DNA of 64,000 nucleotides from Amphiscolops sp. MND2022 (Eukaryota): NCBI GenBank assembly GCA_964187785.1, contig OZ076412.1, positions 53,320,001 to 53,384,000 of the forward strand, read 5' to 3'. Shown piece by piece: positions 51,754 to 64,000 of this stretch (position 1 is its first letter; each line of letters starts with the position of its first letter). The notes under the pieces were generated by a model. It saw only the letters and a program-made list of their open reading frames with translations, ran no database searches and was not told where the DNA came from. The position numbers and the translations under genes were made by a program.

Positions 51754-54310
51754 GCAAATTATTGTTCAGCAAAATCTTTGTGGGATAGCGTCGACTGGAA
51801 GAATTGTTGTCAAGTGTATATTCAACAGGTGCAATGCCCGCGTTGGACATTATTGGAACGTTGCTGTCTGAGATGTCGACAGCAGAAGTTAAAAATTGGC
51901 TTGGTTCGTAGATGACATTTACTTGTGCATCTGATAATTCAGCGTCTAATGGATCAGCAGTTTTTCTTTCTTCATTCGTTATGTTATTATCATCTACAAT
52001 ATGTTTTGTTGGCGGACGATTCTTTGCTGACTCTATGAAATTGACATCTTAACAAGCATCTTTGGAATGCTTTGAACAGACTGCTACGTTACATTCACTT
52101 TGCGGGCATACCCACTTTCCTTTGTTTTTGCAGTCATTTTGATAGCAAGTAACACCATCAGAGGAGTGTTTCTGGACCAACCATGTTCTGTGTGCAAGAC
52201 ATCGAAATGTTGATTGGCCTCCAATGCTTTTCAAAAAAGACTGATGCAATGAATCATTTTCTTCAGCAGTGATTTTCTGATAAACAGCAACTGCCATTCC
52301 ATTTTCATTGTTTCCGTATAAAATTCAGGAAACGAGATGCTTGAAAAACAATTTATGTGTTCAGTTGTTTGAAACCAAGAATCGTGCGAGCTTGCGTGAC
52401 GACAAAACAGGTGTCCTCTTGCAATGTCCGTTGAAACGATTAACAGTTTGTATGCCCTTTTTCCAAATTGCAGAGTGTCTATTGGAACGTCACAGTTACG
52501 TTCGGAACGTTTTCGAGGAAAAATGAATAAAATTTCGTCGGGAGAGATGCTGTTGGTTTCTGGTAATTCAAAAGAACTACGAGAGTCAACTTCGAAAACA
52601 GGAAACTGAAGTGTGCGGAAAAGTTGGCAAAACTCCAAAACATAAGTTTCAGGTGTGATGATTTCTAAAGATGCTATTGCATCATAGAAAGCTGTTTTCG
52701 CTTGTTTCAGAATATGTTGAATTTTCAGTTGTAAAACATTGGTCAAAGTTTCACCAATGTTCTCAGCATTTGCGTTTGTTGACTTACGCAATAATTCCAA
52801 GACCTTCGTAGTGAAGGATGCTAAGGCTTCTAAAATTGTTTCACATGGATTTGATGATGTGAAGAATCTAGTAGGTCTTGAACCATGCGCCTTCAAATCA
52901 GCGGCTGGGTGGGCGTAAATCGGGAAAGGTAGGTAGTCAAAGTTTTCGTCTTTGGTTTGGTTTAAGGCCAGTTGTACTCGGAAAGCGTCGTACAAAGAGA
53001 CAGTGGTTGCGTGATGAAGAGCGTGAAGTAATTCTGTTGCAGTTAGATTAAAACTACTATTGTATAGGAAGTCTGAAAAGCTCTCGTCCACAATGTTGTT
53101 TTCACAGTAATGCTCAATCAGTTTGTACACATCATGGCGGTGTCTGGCTGTCAGTGATTCAGCTAAATCCTGTAATTCGGTTGACTTTTCGAAAAAGGTT
53201 GGAAATTGTAGTGTACTACTGCTAATTCCACTGAAACTACCTCGTTCCTCGATTAAATGACTTGAGTGGGAGTTAAAGTTTGGCTTTCCAGTTTTCACCA
53301 CGTGAAGTTGTTGCTGTGTTACAGCTGATCGTTCAGGTTTGTTGGGCGAAATATTCATCAACGAAGGGTTCAAAGGAGGATGTACAAATTGAGATGCTCC
53401 CCTTTGTGACGCGAACAAGCTAGGATGACCAAATTGCCGTTTTCATCTATGAGTGTTGTTGGCCGGATTTGAAAGTTGTTCAAGAGCATGTATCCTTGTG
53501 GATAGAGAGGGTGAATTCCTGTCAGAAGTTTTTGCCTTTTGTCACCAGATCTGAAATCTTGATCGAATAGTGCTAAGAAGTTATCGAAACTTATGAAGCT
53601 GCATCTTTCTATAAATTCCCAGCAACCCCAAGGACACACTACTTTGGGAGGAGCGTTGTCATTGAATGTTTCTTGCATCATTCTGGCTGTCAGGTTTTGT
53701 AGAGTGAGATCAACGGATTGTCGCGCTTGTGAACCATCAACTACCATGAATTTTGTTTTACTCAAAACTTCTTTGAACTTTTTGGAAAAGAGATCCCACG
53801 AACTTGCGTAAAGTTTCAAAACAGACGGTGGCATCAACTCAACAATTTTGGTCAAAACGTCTTCTGAGACGTTTAGTTTCGTCCAGTAGGAGCACAAAAT
53901 GCTGGGCCAAGAATCTTTGATATTAACTGGATCGTTGTAGATATAGCGTCGACAGTTGTTGCAAAGATTGGCGGTAGTTGAATGTTTCAGGCACTGGCCG
54001 TACTGACGATTTGCAGCTTGTCCAATTGGAGCGGTATTACCTGGACATCGATGTTGTACTCGGTGGTCGATGTACAAGAGCATTTAGCGCAAACATTGCC
54101 ATATGCAGCGTTCAAATTGGGATCAAATATTTCACCATCGAACAATTCCAACGATTTCTTAAATGATTCCAACTGAACTTCAGTCTTCCGGCCACTATCA
54201 ATTCGGTTGGAATGGCAGGGTGGAGCACTGGTGTGCGGCGGCATCAAGCATCTTCCTCTGGTTGTAGGTATCTCAAACGTCGAGTTGTCGGAAATAATTG
54301 AAGACAAGCT

Positions 54311-54691
54311 TGAAACAATTTGAAAGTGTTCACGGTAGTGCTGCAAGTACACTTGAGGTAGCGACAAATTGTAATTGGAAGAAAACCATATCCATTCTGA
54401 AGCCTCGACACTGTAAACTAGGAAATCAAGTTCAGACAAACGACAAAAGGTGGCAATTTCTGAAGTACCGGCGTATGTTCCATCTTCTCTCATTCTACTT
54501 TGGCTTCCATACTCATGAGAGTTGTCGACAAAACAGCCATTTGGTAATATTAAATGGTTGGAACTGTAATTGGTGGTTACTATATCGTCGCATATGACCT
54601 GCCTAATGATGGTGGCGTTCGTTTCGCATCCAGAGAGCAAGACAACAAAGCAATTGAATAAACAATTTCCAGCTCCTGTTACATCTATCAA
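54311..54691 (-). pseudogene. OTU-family cysteine protease domain of the Helitron-like polyprotein
   Basis: IDVTGAGNCLF (OTU G-D-G-N-C-L-F motif with D>A), YAGTSEIATF, terminal EHFQIV His motif. Confidence 0.85.
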
Positions 54692-57419
54692 AAATCCTGG
54701 TTTCAGTCATTCAAAAAATACGGGGATCAGCAGTTTCTCTAAGGTTTCTCCTGGTATGCTATAGAGTGAAAAGTTAACCCCAGCTAGCTGTAAAGTTGTT
54801 GATGATGCTGTTATGTGCCTAGTCTCGTCATTTGCACCTCGTTGTAATGTAACATCAGTGTCGACCAATTGTGGCTCTGGCGATGTAACGTGTGTATGTC
54901 CTGAAAGAAATGCGCTGTATCAGACTACGGAACCGTTTGGATAGTTTTTTCAGCATACTTTCTTTGTTAAATCTGGTTGACAATGAATTTGTGTTAGATT
55001 AGATGCAATTTGCATTAGATTAGATGCAATAAACACAGGATGTTAAATATCATTTTGTTTCCCATGTCAATGACTGAGTTTGCTTCCTTAATAACTTGCT
55101 GATTTTGTTGAAACTTGAATTTTGAATGAAATATCCTTCATGTAAGTCTGAAAAATGTAACTGATAAATTCCTTGTTCAATCATTTTCACTGATACTCCT
55201 CGATACTCCTTCACAAAGATAGTATGATGAGCATTTGTAGGAAGGAGTTTATTTTTATCCTAATCTTTCGTATATTAAAAGTGTTGTGGAAAACGAAATT
55301 TTTCCCGAAGATCCGTATCAAAAACAAGAAAAGACTGAACTGTTATTGATTTTGATTTTCCTACAAACTTTGCCTCGTATATTTGATTGGTTAGATTTAG
55401 TGCCAGTATTCAAATAGACTGTAGAGCTCCGTGAAAAAAGCTAAAATTACTGATCAGTCCTGGTAGCATAAATTGTTCAAACATAAATACTTTTTAGAAC
55501 GGTGCGATACATTATCAAGTTTCGTGTCATCCTTTATACTTAAATTAATCGTTGGTAGCTGTAGAAAAATTTGACTGTTGCGAAGATAATTTTTCAAAAC
55601 GGTGACCAATCAACGTTTGTTCAAACAACTCGCGTCATTATTTAAATTTTATATTTAGAAATCTGAGACGCTTTTGTGATGTTCAAGTGGACGTTTTTGT
55701 TATAAAATATTTTAGAACGCCGTGTTTTTGAAAAATTCTTCATTCAGTATGTTAATTTTTTACCAGATGTATGAGTTGCGTTATGCTAAAAACAGCTACT
55801 GGAAAAAAATGTTGAAGCTATTTTAAAAAAGCTGTTTTTAATATATGGTAGTTACGTTGTTAACCCTGGAAAGAACATATATAGCATGGAACTTGACTAA
55901 GATTACTGTAAGATGTTCATGACCATTTCAAACCAAGTAACAATAATGGTAATGCAAGATTTACAGCTGATGTGTATTGATCATTGAAATTGTTATGTTT
56001 ATGATTTTGACCAGCTGAAAGTACCCAGAGTTTTTCTTTTACCTTTTGGATAGTGTATAAACGGTCTATTGAAATATAAGATATAATCGGAACATTTTGG
56101 TAAGTTTTTCCAGAAATGCTAGAAATATTTGACTTTCAGAAGAATAGTTTTTACAAAACAAGGTTAAGAAATTTGACAACTGATTAATGTAGCCGCTGTT
56201 TCCTCAACGCTTTTATCAGTCCTGTTATGAAAAGTGTGAAAGTGGATGTCACTCCCTCCTAGTGTCCTAAAAAACATTTTGAATTTGTCTGAAAACACTG
56301 GTTGGTTGTCAATTAGGAAACGTGTAGGCCACCTGTGGCTTGGATAGAGACAGTGTACTCAAATAGAGAGCGATCGACTCTTTTTAGATGACTATCACCG
56401 ATAATCTTGTAACTTGCCATTTTTATTAGCTTGAAATGCTCTGAAAAACGTACATGTATTGACGACATGTTCCAGCTTGAGGAATAGACAGAAAAAACTT
56501 AGCATCAAATGGGATAAAAGGAAATTAACTGCTGAAGTGTCTTGTAAGATTTTAATTTCGTATAAAATAAAAGACTTCTTTTTAAAACGGAGAATAAGTA
56601 AAAAAAACCTTGATTATCTTCTTTCTTGTAATAGTTCATCCGATTTCAAGAGTATTTGTGATAACACGATTGAGTTCCGCCTATAGTGTTGTAGACTATT
56701 TTGAAGAGCATCTGTTATGATTCTTGATTGTTTCTATAGTGTTGTAGTTTTCTTTGTTGGTAAATGACCTAAACAGAAAAAGAAACATGACACTAACTGA
56801 ATAAAAACATACTACACTGAACAACACAAACAGCATGCAGCACAGCACGAACAACAAACAAAGCAGCGCAAAATGGCATGTATTTTCCAATTTCAGACCC
56901 ACACGCTACATACTCGCACCCCAAGACAATCAAAAATCAGACCATCACAACACAGAACCGCAGAAAACAGACAAGCTCATTTTAAAACACACTTAAAGAA
57001 AGACACTTCCTAACGGAAAGCATGTACAAACAAAAGTAGACGCAGTTCGCAGAAAACATGGATAAATTGACTGAATTAATAATTTTTAGATAACAAAACT
57101 TAGCTTGACATGTTTGTTCATGGCAACACGTTTTTGCAGTTGAGAATTTCGTCTTGAGAATTCTTGCTTTTTTGAATCTCGATAGTTAGTTCTTGACTCA
57201 TATGATGTTGATCTTGGAAATGTTGAAAAAATCTTGTAGAAAGTCGAATTTGAAAATAATGAATTATATGAAATAAGCCTCTTGAAGACAATCTTGAAAA
57301 TCTTCATTACTTCTTCCTGATGCAGTTGGAGTCGAAGACAAAGAGCTGCTGATCCTGTATAAATAAAAACGAAACTAAAATTGTTAGTTGTCCTGTGAAA
57401 CCTAAAGCAGAGACCTCTT

Positions 57420-57665
57420 TCAAAAAACCTAAGCATAAGTCAACTACGCCTAAGGAACATATGCGTAAGAAACCTAAGCCTAAGTAACCTAAACCTAATA
57501 AACCTAAGAATAAGAAACCTAAGCCTAAGTAACTTATTCCTAAGAGACCTAAACCTAAAAAACCTAAGCTTCAAAACCTATGCATAAGAATCCTAAGCGT
57601 ATGAGTCCTAAGGCTAAGAACCTAATCCTAAGACAACTAAGCCTAAACCAACGAAGCCTAAGAAA
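57420..57665. repeat. Degenerate (AAACCTAAG/CCTAAG)n simple repeat
   Basis: Many CCTAA(G) units at irregular 6-9 bp spacing. Confidence 0.85.
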
Positions 57666-59949
57666 CGCAAGGTTCAAACTGGAAGATTTAAAATAATTTA
57701 AACTTACCTATCTCAGCGGCTTCAAGAAACGCGGTACCGAAAAACGTGCTAGGCCTACAGGGGCGTCTAGTCAACCCATAAAAAAAATAATTTCCGTAAG
57801 GGACACGTAACTGTTTTGTGCTGTCAGATGGATGGCACGCTTTCAAAACTTACCAAAAAAGGTCTAAAGGCCCAAAATACTATTGCTGCACTAAGCAGCT
57901 GCAACTGAAAAGCTCTGTGGTTGATTGAACGCATTTCGATGAGTGTTAGATGAGACTTATTTTCCAATTTAAGTTTTCTTTTCATCACATGGCAAGCTCA
58001 CACTCAAAATATCATAAGTCAACGTCAGGTTACGCTAGAGAGTCGTTTTATACCTCATTTTTCTCGTCCATTCAAGCACTTTCCACATGCATTCACTTGC
58101 AATCCTAGTTGTGTGGAAGTTTCGTGACTTTGGGAGGCCTGAAGTTGAAAAAAAAATATTCGAAAACTTTTCAAAAAAACTCTAAGTCTTTTATCTTTCA
58201 CCCGGGAAATGCTGGAACGCTGAAACTGCAGCAAAAATGCCAAATGGTTTTTCAGGGAGGTAAACCTGCCAGAGGAGGCCTTTAGGAGAGTGTCTGGAAA
58301 AAAATCTGGCCAAAAAACGGCAGAGATAGACTAGGATTTCAAAAATTTTCTCAAAAATGCGTCCGATTTGCGGCCATTACTCAGTCAATTTTAATCCGAT
58401 CTGAACAAAAATTTGTCTACGTACTCTTTACGAAGTGGCCAACAATACCAACGTACACGTGCGAACCGCTCCGAGCACCTCAAAAAAATTAATGGACCGT
58501 CAAAGTTGAAAAAGACAATAAAAACGCAAAAATGGACACAAAAATTGCGTTTTTGACCAACTTTTTGAAAAAATTAAGAAAAACGCCAGAGGGAAATAGT
58601 TCTTAGGACTTCATGTAGGAGCTCTGTGCAAAGTTTCAGGAACTTCTGACTGCTCGTTTTCGAAATCGTCTTTTTTATACTGAATTGTGTAGTATAGTAA
58701 ATCGGTTAACAGCCACCAGGGGCCCCTCCTTCATGTGGCAAAGATTTGAGCAGAAAAAAAATTCCCGGCCACTAAAGCATTTACATGATATAATCAATCA
58801 TTACATGTATTGCATCATTCTAAACTATCGTGTTATTCATTTCACAAGTTTATATGTGCGTAGCAATAACGTGTTTACCATTGAATTAGAGTAAACAAAT
58901 ATTCTGAGCAGAGGCCGCGCGTCAAGCCGGCGTCCCGCTTCATTCATTTGAGGCCGGCTTCCAGGCCGCGGTACTGTAATTCTATTTCTGAGGCCGTTCG
59001 CAAGGCCGTGTTTTACTATTTATTTATTACCGTATTAAACACTATTTACTGCGCGGTGGTTTCACGTTGGTTATTGTACAGTACATATGTATTTTATGTT
59101 TACGAAAACACTTTTGTGGATATGATGGATCAATTACAATTTCAAGAACATTATTGCTTCTCATTGTTATCACTGAAAAAACTACATTATACAACATACA
59201 AATTGATGCACACAGTTGGTTTCACGTTTAAAGTCGGCACAAAGTAGTAGGAGAAACGTTTACACTAGAAGCCTCAATGGTTGAGTTTGTGGGTCAGTAC
59301 ATTTTTGTGGCAGTGTATCAGTGACAAATGTTCTGATTGTGTTAGTGTGCACTAATTCGCGCTTTCTCTTGGTACAACTGAAGGTACCACTCTTTTGACG
59401 TTAGATTGTTGACTTTTGGTGTCATACGGGTAATCGAAAAGCAAAGCTAAAAAGTGGCGCTGTCAATCAAAGACATTTTGCTAGTATGTTTGCGCGGATC
59501 AACGAAAGATGTCTTTTTTGATTCAGACATTCCACCCTTCTGCAAAATTTTTGGTCTTAGCTTAACCATTGGTGTTGTGAAAATTCGAGTTTCGTTCGAA
59601 ATTTGCAACCGCGCACAATGTCATCTTAACCATTTTTGTTTTCTTGATTCTAGCCAGCGGCCAGTGCAGTGGTATTGCCTTGTCCTCAACCAGATACACA
59701 AGGTCACATATTTAGTGGTTTTTTTTCTGTCGGTCCATTTGACGCCTTCTAAAGAGCTTCTAAAGAGTGGGCAAGTAGTGTCTAAGCCTTGAATTCCAGA
59801 GATAGTTGATGATTTGATGATTTGTTGAGTTGAATTCCATCGGCTCAAAAAAAAGCTTTTTTGTAAATCTAAATTTTCTAGAAAACAAAGCATCGGCAAA
59901 AGCAAATGCAACCTTTTCTCAATCTATGACCATAAACTGGTTGTTTCAA

Positions 59950-62350
59950 TCTGACTGATCTAAAGCTTTGACATGCACAAGAATGACAAAGAACGTCGAA
60001 CACGGCGTCTCGTGTTAAACTTTGATCGGAAAAATTTGCTGCGCGTAAATGTTTGGTAGCATACTGTACTTGCTTTCAAACTAAAAACGTGTCATCTTCA
60101 CTTTCAACATTCAGTTTGCCCGACCTTGTTGAACTTTCTAAATGTTTCACGGAACCAATAGGGCATTCAAAGCAAAAGACCTATTGTCGCCGCAAAACAT
60201 GAATAAAGTAATGTGCAGTTGAAACTAAAGCAGCTCTATGAGAAAAAAATGAACAACAAGCAATTTTATTTTAAACTGATTTTGAAAAAAAATGGTTCTA
60301 TTGAAGTCAGTCAATTGAAGTTAGAGATGGATCGAATCAGAGAAACCTAAATGTTAAAGCTGTCGAAGTGTCCGTGTTTTGTTTACATCAGTCCAACCAA
60401 ATCATATAAAAACGTTTGCTCAAGATCATAAAGGTTCACACTGTTATTCGCACTCAATCACCATGGTTTTTATTAAGTTATACTCAACTTTCTCAGTTTC
60501 ATTTGGATTGCCATCAACTGAGTTTGTAAGGTCCTAACACTCTAGTTCAGAAATTGACCGCTATTTGAATTGAATTGTTTGGCTGAGATTGATAATTCCT
60601 TGCAGAGACACCAACATTTTGAAACACTCGTTTCACCTGAATTTCAAGCTGAATTCAGCTAAATCAATTTATCCATTAACGTAAATTCGACGCAATGACA
60701 CAAAAAAGATTGTAAGTCACTGTGTTACAAAAGCAGTCCTTGAAAATGTTCTATGTTCCTTAACTGTAAACGCTAATTTCTGAGCAAAGATAACGCACAC
60801 TTTCCAAATTTTTCTACTGTTTTAAGTTTGCAGACTTGCTTTCAGTGCGAAACGACCTCATATTAACTTTCTGTTTGTCGACTGTCATTCCTTTTTTACG
60901 GGACTTAGCATTTTTACGGGACACAGTTTTACGAAGTTTCCTTTAAATCAATCAAAACACAATCGAAAAACTGAAGCAAACGATGGCTTAGAGCTGAGCC
61001 ATACTGAGCCTTACTCAGGTTGCGACTGAAAACTATTTCGTTCCATAAAAGATAATATCAACAGAAAAATATCAAAAAAGAAAACGAATTTAAAAGCGAG
61101 AAACTATCTGGAACAGACTGATTGTTTGTGTAACCTCACTTTGAAAAACGTATTTTCTTGAGAGCTGCAATCTCGTCATCTTCACTTTCAACATTCAGTT
61201 TGTCCGACCTCGGTCGAACTTTCTAAAGGTTTGACGGAACCATTTGGGCATTCAAAGCAAAAAACCTAATGTTTCTGCGAAAACATGATTGAAGCAATCC
61301 GTGGTTGAAAGTAAAGCTGCTCTATGATCAAAAAGAACTAATAGCAAACAAGTGTATTTTAAAACTAATTTAGAAATTAAATTGATGTTGTTAAGTCAGT
61401 CAGTAGAAATTAGGGATAGTTCAGCTTTGAGAAAGCTACCTTTTAAAGCTATCGGTGATTAATTTTCCAGTTTTCGCGTTTTGTTTATATCATCCCAATC
61501 AAAAACTTTGTGCAAATGTAAATCAGAAATGCTCAGTCTTTGCACTCAACCACCTTGGCTTATGATAAGTTATGCTTTCTTTCTTCAGTTTCATTTTGAT
61601 TTCCACCAACTGAGTTTATCAGATCCTTTAAATCTAATTCAGAAATAGATAGTTATTTGGATTAGGTGAATTGGCTGAGATTCATAATTCATCTTAAAAT
61701 TACCAATGCTGTAAAACACTTTTTTCAGCTGAATTTTATAAATCAAAATATCCATTGAACTAGATTCGATACAATGAATGATTGGCGTGTTCTCTAATTG
61801 GTAAACACTCTCTTCTCAATTTTTTGTCTGTTGTAAAATTGCAGACTTGCTTTCGGTTCGAATCGGCATTATCGTCGTACTAGATTTTTGTTTGTTCGCC
61901 CTCGCTTCTCCTTCGCGAACGTTTTCACGGAATAATTTGGGTGTCATTCAAGCAATTGCCTCCACAGTCCGATGAATACTTCTTCATATCAATTCAACTG
62001 TCATAGTCGGTTCATACCGGCTTGACCTCTACCGAATATTCGGTTAACAACAGTCTAGAGACTAGGAGTTGTTTACAAACAAACTCAAATAGACCTTCGT
62101 AATATACTTACATTTCTACAATTTTGTTGTTGCAATACAGTTATACAATATAGATCTATCGATTTTAATGCTACTCTTTTATCTCAGTTTTAGTCCCTTA
62201 GAATAGAACACCAACCACATTTGAAAAAAAGGCATTCATTTGTGCGAAATTTGAAATGCCTTTGTGCTCAATCACCTTAGCTTATGATTATTATTTCCAG
62301 TTTCTTTTCGATGTCTTTTAAATGAGTTTTCAAATGAAAAAAAAAGGAAT
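59950..62350. repeat. Old diverged tandem duplication, period ~1.0-1.1 kb, plus a third partial copy
   Basis: GTCATCTTCACTTTCAACATTCAGTTTG at ~60091 and ~61175; GCACTCAA.CACC at ~60450, ~61542 and ~62265; TTGCAGACTTGCTTTC at ~60828 and ~61841. Confidence 0.8.
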
Positions 62351-63067
62351 CTGATTCAGAACCTAAAAATTATTTAAACAAAGTGAAATGGTTGATAGTA
62401 GAGTTAACTCAAATTTGAGAAACCAATATAAAAGAGAGAAACCAGTAAATTTAATGACCAGTTTCAGCTGTTTTTTAAAACAAAAAAACGTTCTCTGTTC
62501 TTGGGTATTCATTCCTTGGAACAGTGCTAAACAAAACAGACATATTTCACTTGATTGAAATTCCGAGTCTATTTTTTCCCAATCTGGAACCATTCGACAA
62601 TACAAGGCCATCTCAACTAGATAGAGATGACTTCCTCTGCCAAACAACTTAAAGCTGTCTGGAGCTTTTATCATGCTGAATTTCAACTCAAACATCTTCA
62701 ATAAATTTAAAAAAATTTGATTAAAACACCATTCATCCTTGTTTCGTTTGCAGTTTTTAGCCGCAAGAGTAAAAGATTCTCTCTTCTGCAAGTTTCAAAA
62801 ACAATTTCATAAAACTCTCAAGCATCAACTACTAGATTGAGAAAATTCTTTTTCCATCGCTTACTTACAAATTCTTTGTATCTTACTTTATATCGCTTAC
62901 TTTTCCCACTGCTAGTGATTTCAGCATCCTTGCCCTAAAAGGGTGTAAATTTATAGAATGAAAACTTGAGACTAGCAGAACAATTACATTTTTGCCGAGC
63001 TTTTGTTTCCTCATGCACTAAACACAATTAATTTTCAAAATACTTAGGGCTTTTTTCGTTTTTCTAG

Positions 63068-63315
63068 AAACAGTCGGGGAATGGTGGAAAAAAGCTAAGG
63101 ACTGGTGGAATGACGACGGTGGTTCGAAGCGTGCGCCAAAACGTGTACCTGAACCTGGACCAGGAAAAATGGGCAAAGAGGGAGGTTCGAATGGAAGGGA
63201 GTCACCCATGGAAGGCTCTGGAAAAGTTGGGGAGTCCTCATATAAAGGCGTTCCTTCAAATGAATTCCTAACTCAACAGAAGAAAAGAAAGCGACCTGAC
63301 CTTTTGATGAAATAA
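63068..63315 (+). CDS. Terminal exon of the same predicted secreted protein (ETVGEWWKKAKDWWNDDGGSKR...KKRKRPDLLMK*)
   Basis: Pyrimidine tract + CTAG acceptor at 63064-63067. GC/purine-rich island in AT-rich DNA. Phase-1 frame is open for 81 full codons to TAA 63313-63315 and continues the 11-mer repeat of exon 1. Confidence 0.6.
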
Positions 63316-64000
63316 TGGCACCTACAGATCGTTTGACGTAGATAAATACCCAAAATGTCTGATGCTCTATTTTTTGTTCGAATTTGGTTTCCTAAATATG
63401 AAACTTGTGTTACACTTTGAAAAGTCTAGAAATTCTATAAGTGTTTAGTTTTGGTTCATTTTGTTTGTAAATTGTGCAGCAAAGAATTGAAAAAAATGAC
63501 TAGTGGCGGACAAAAAATATCAATATTTTTCGAGAATTGAAAAAATTCTGAAGTTAGTTCCCCCAGCATTAAACTGAAGGCTGATAATCCCAGACAGAAT
63601 GTTTTGATTTACAGCCACTTCTTTTGTTCCATGTTTTGTTCTTATGACCTTTTGTGTTTCCAACTGTTGCAATAAATGTGATGATGGATAACAGTTTATC
63701 TGAGAACGGAACTTTTGAATTTCTATTTCATAGTTTTCTATTTCGTACAATCTGAGGGGTACGTTGTAGTTTATTCAATGATGCTGTTAACTTTTTTTTG
63801 AATCGTATGTATTTCGGCAATTTTCTGCATTATTCTCATTCAATTAGAAAATTGACAATTGTTTCAACTGGTTTACTGAATTGAAGTTTACATGCAATTT
63901 TCAAAGATCAAGTTGACATAGTGATCTCTGCTACATACCCCTTTGTGCAACGAAGGGTCTAACAAGTAGCAACTCAAAATGCGGAATGTATATTAGATTC

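Larger units (their letters stand above)
45042..54900 (-). mobile_element. Decayed autonomous Helitron-like (rolling-circle) transposon: OTU - Cys/His fingers - HUH Rep - PIF1 helicase - GIY-YIG-like; 5' end not located (may extend to ~58 kb)
   Basis: Collinear overlapping ORF fragments 53987-54691, 53370-54083, 52231-53418, 52049-52297, 51581-51850, 50617-51753, 50196-50603, 49174-49782, 47761-48369, 47368-47676, 47136-47348, 46731-47117 and 46155-46730, linked by frameshifts and stops. Hairpin + CTAG ~1.1 kb downstream of the last ORF. Confidence 0.9.

Noticed and set aside
62363-62791. 142-aa minus-strand ORF
   Set aside because: No motif, no ATG start, no splice support; composition matches AT-rich intron.

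Overview
AT-rich, transposon-dense eukaryotic DNA with spliceosomal introns and no prokaryotic gene organisation. The TE mix (Mag-type Ty3/Gypsy, copia, Tc1, LINE remnants, Helitron-like, MITEs) suggests an invertebrate animal; the species cannot be determined from the sequence. Two host genes can be reconstructed. (1) A complete 7-exon dihydroxy-acid dehydratase gene (ilvD/ILV3 family, 569 aa, minus strand, 13692-23362) with a GC-AG first intron and no organellar transit peptide. (2) A predicted 123-aa secreted protein with three amphipathic 11-mer repeats, whose two exons (38660-38783 and 63068-63315) flank a 24.3-kb intron. That intron holds, antisense, a decayed ~2400-codon rolling-circle (Helitron-like) polyprotein ordered OTU protease / Cys-His fingers / HUH Rep / PIF1 helicase / GIY-YIG-like nuclease, with an internal 1.41-kb tandem duplication. 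It also holds a perfect 16-bp hairpin flanked by CTAG on both sides and a ~293-bp satellite. Other content: a full-length degenerate Gypsy provirus (29182-35007; LTRs, PBS, PPT, 5-bp TSD), a second Gypsy fragment in ilvD intron 2, a Tc1 pseudogene, copia and LINE scraps, several MITEs and many copies of a HINE/DINE-like repeat. No rRNA, tRNA or CRISPR array is supported. All alignments and translations were done by eye; no database searches were run.
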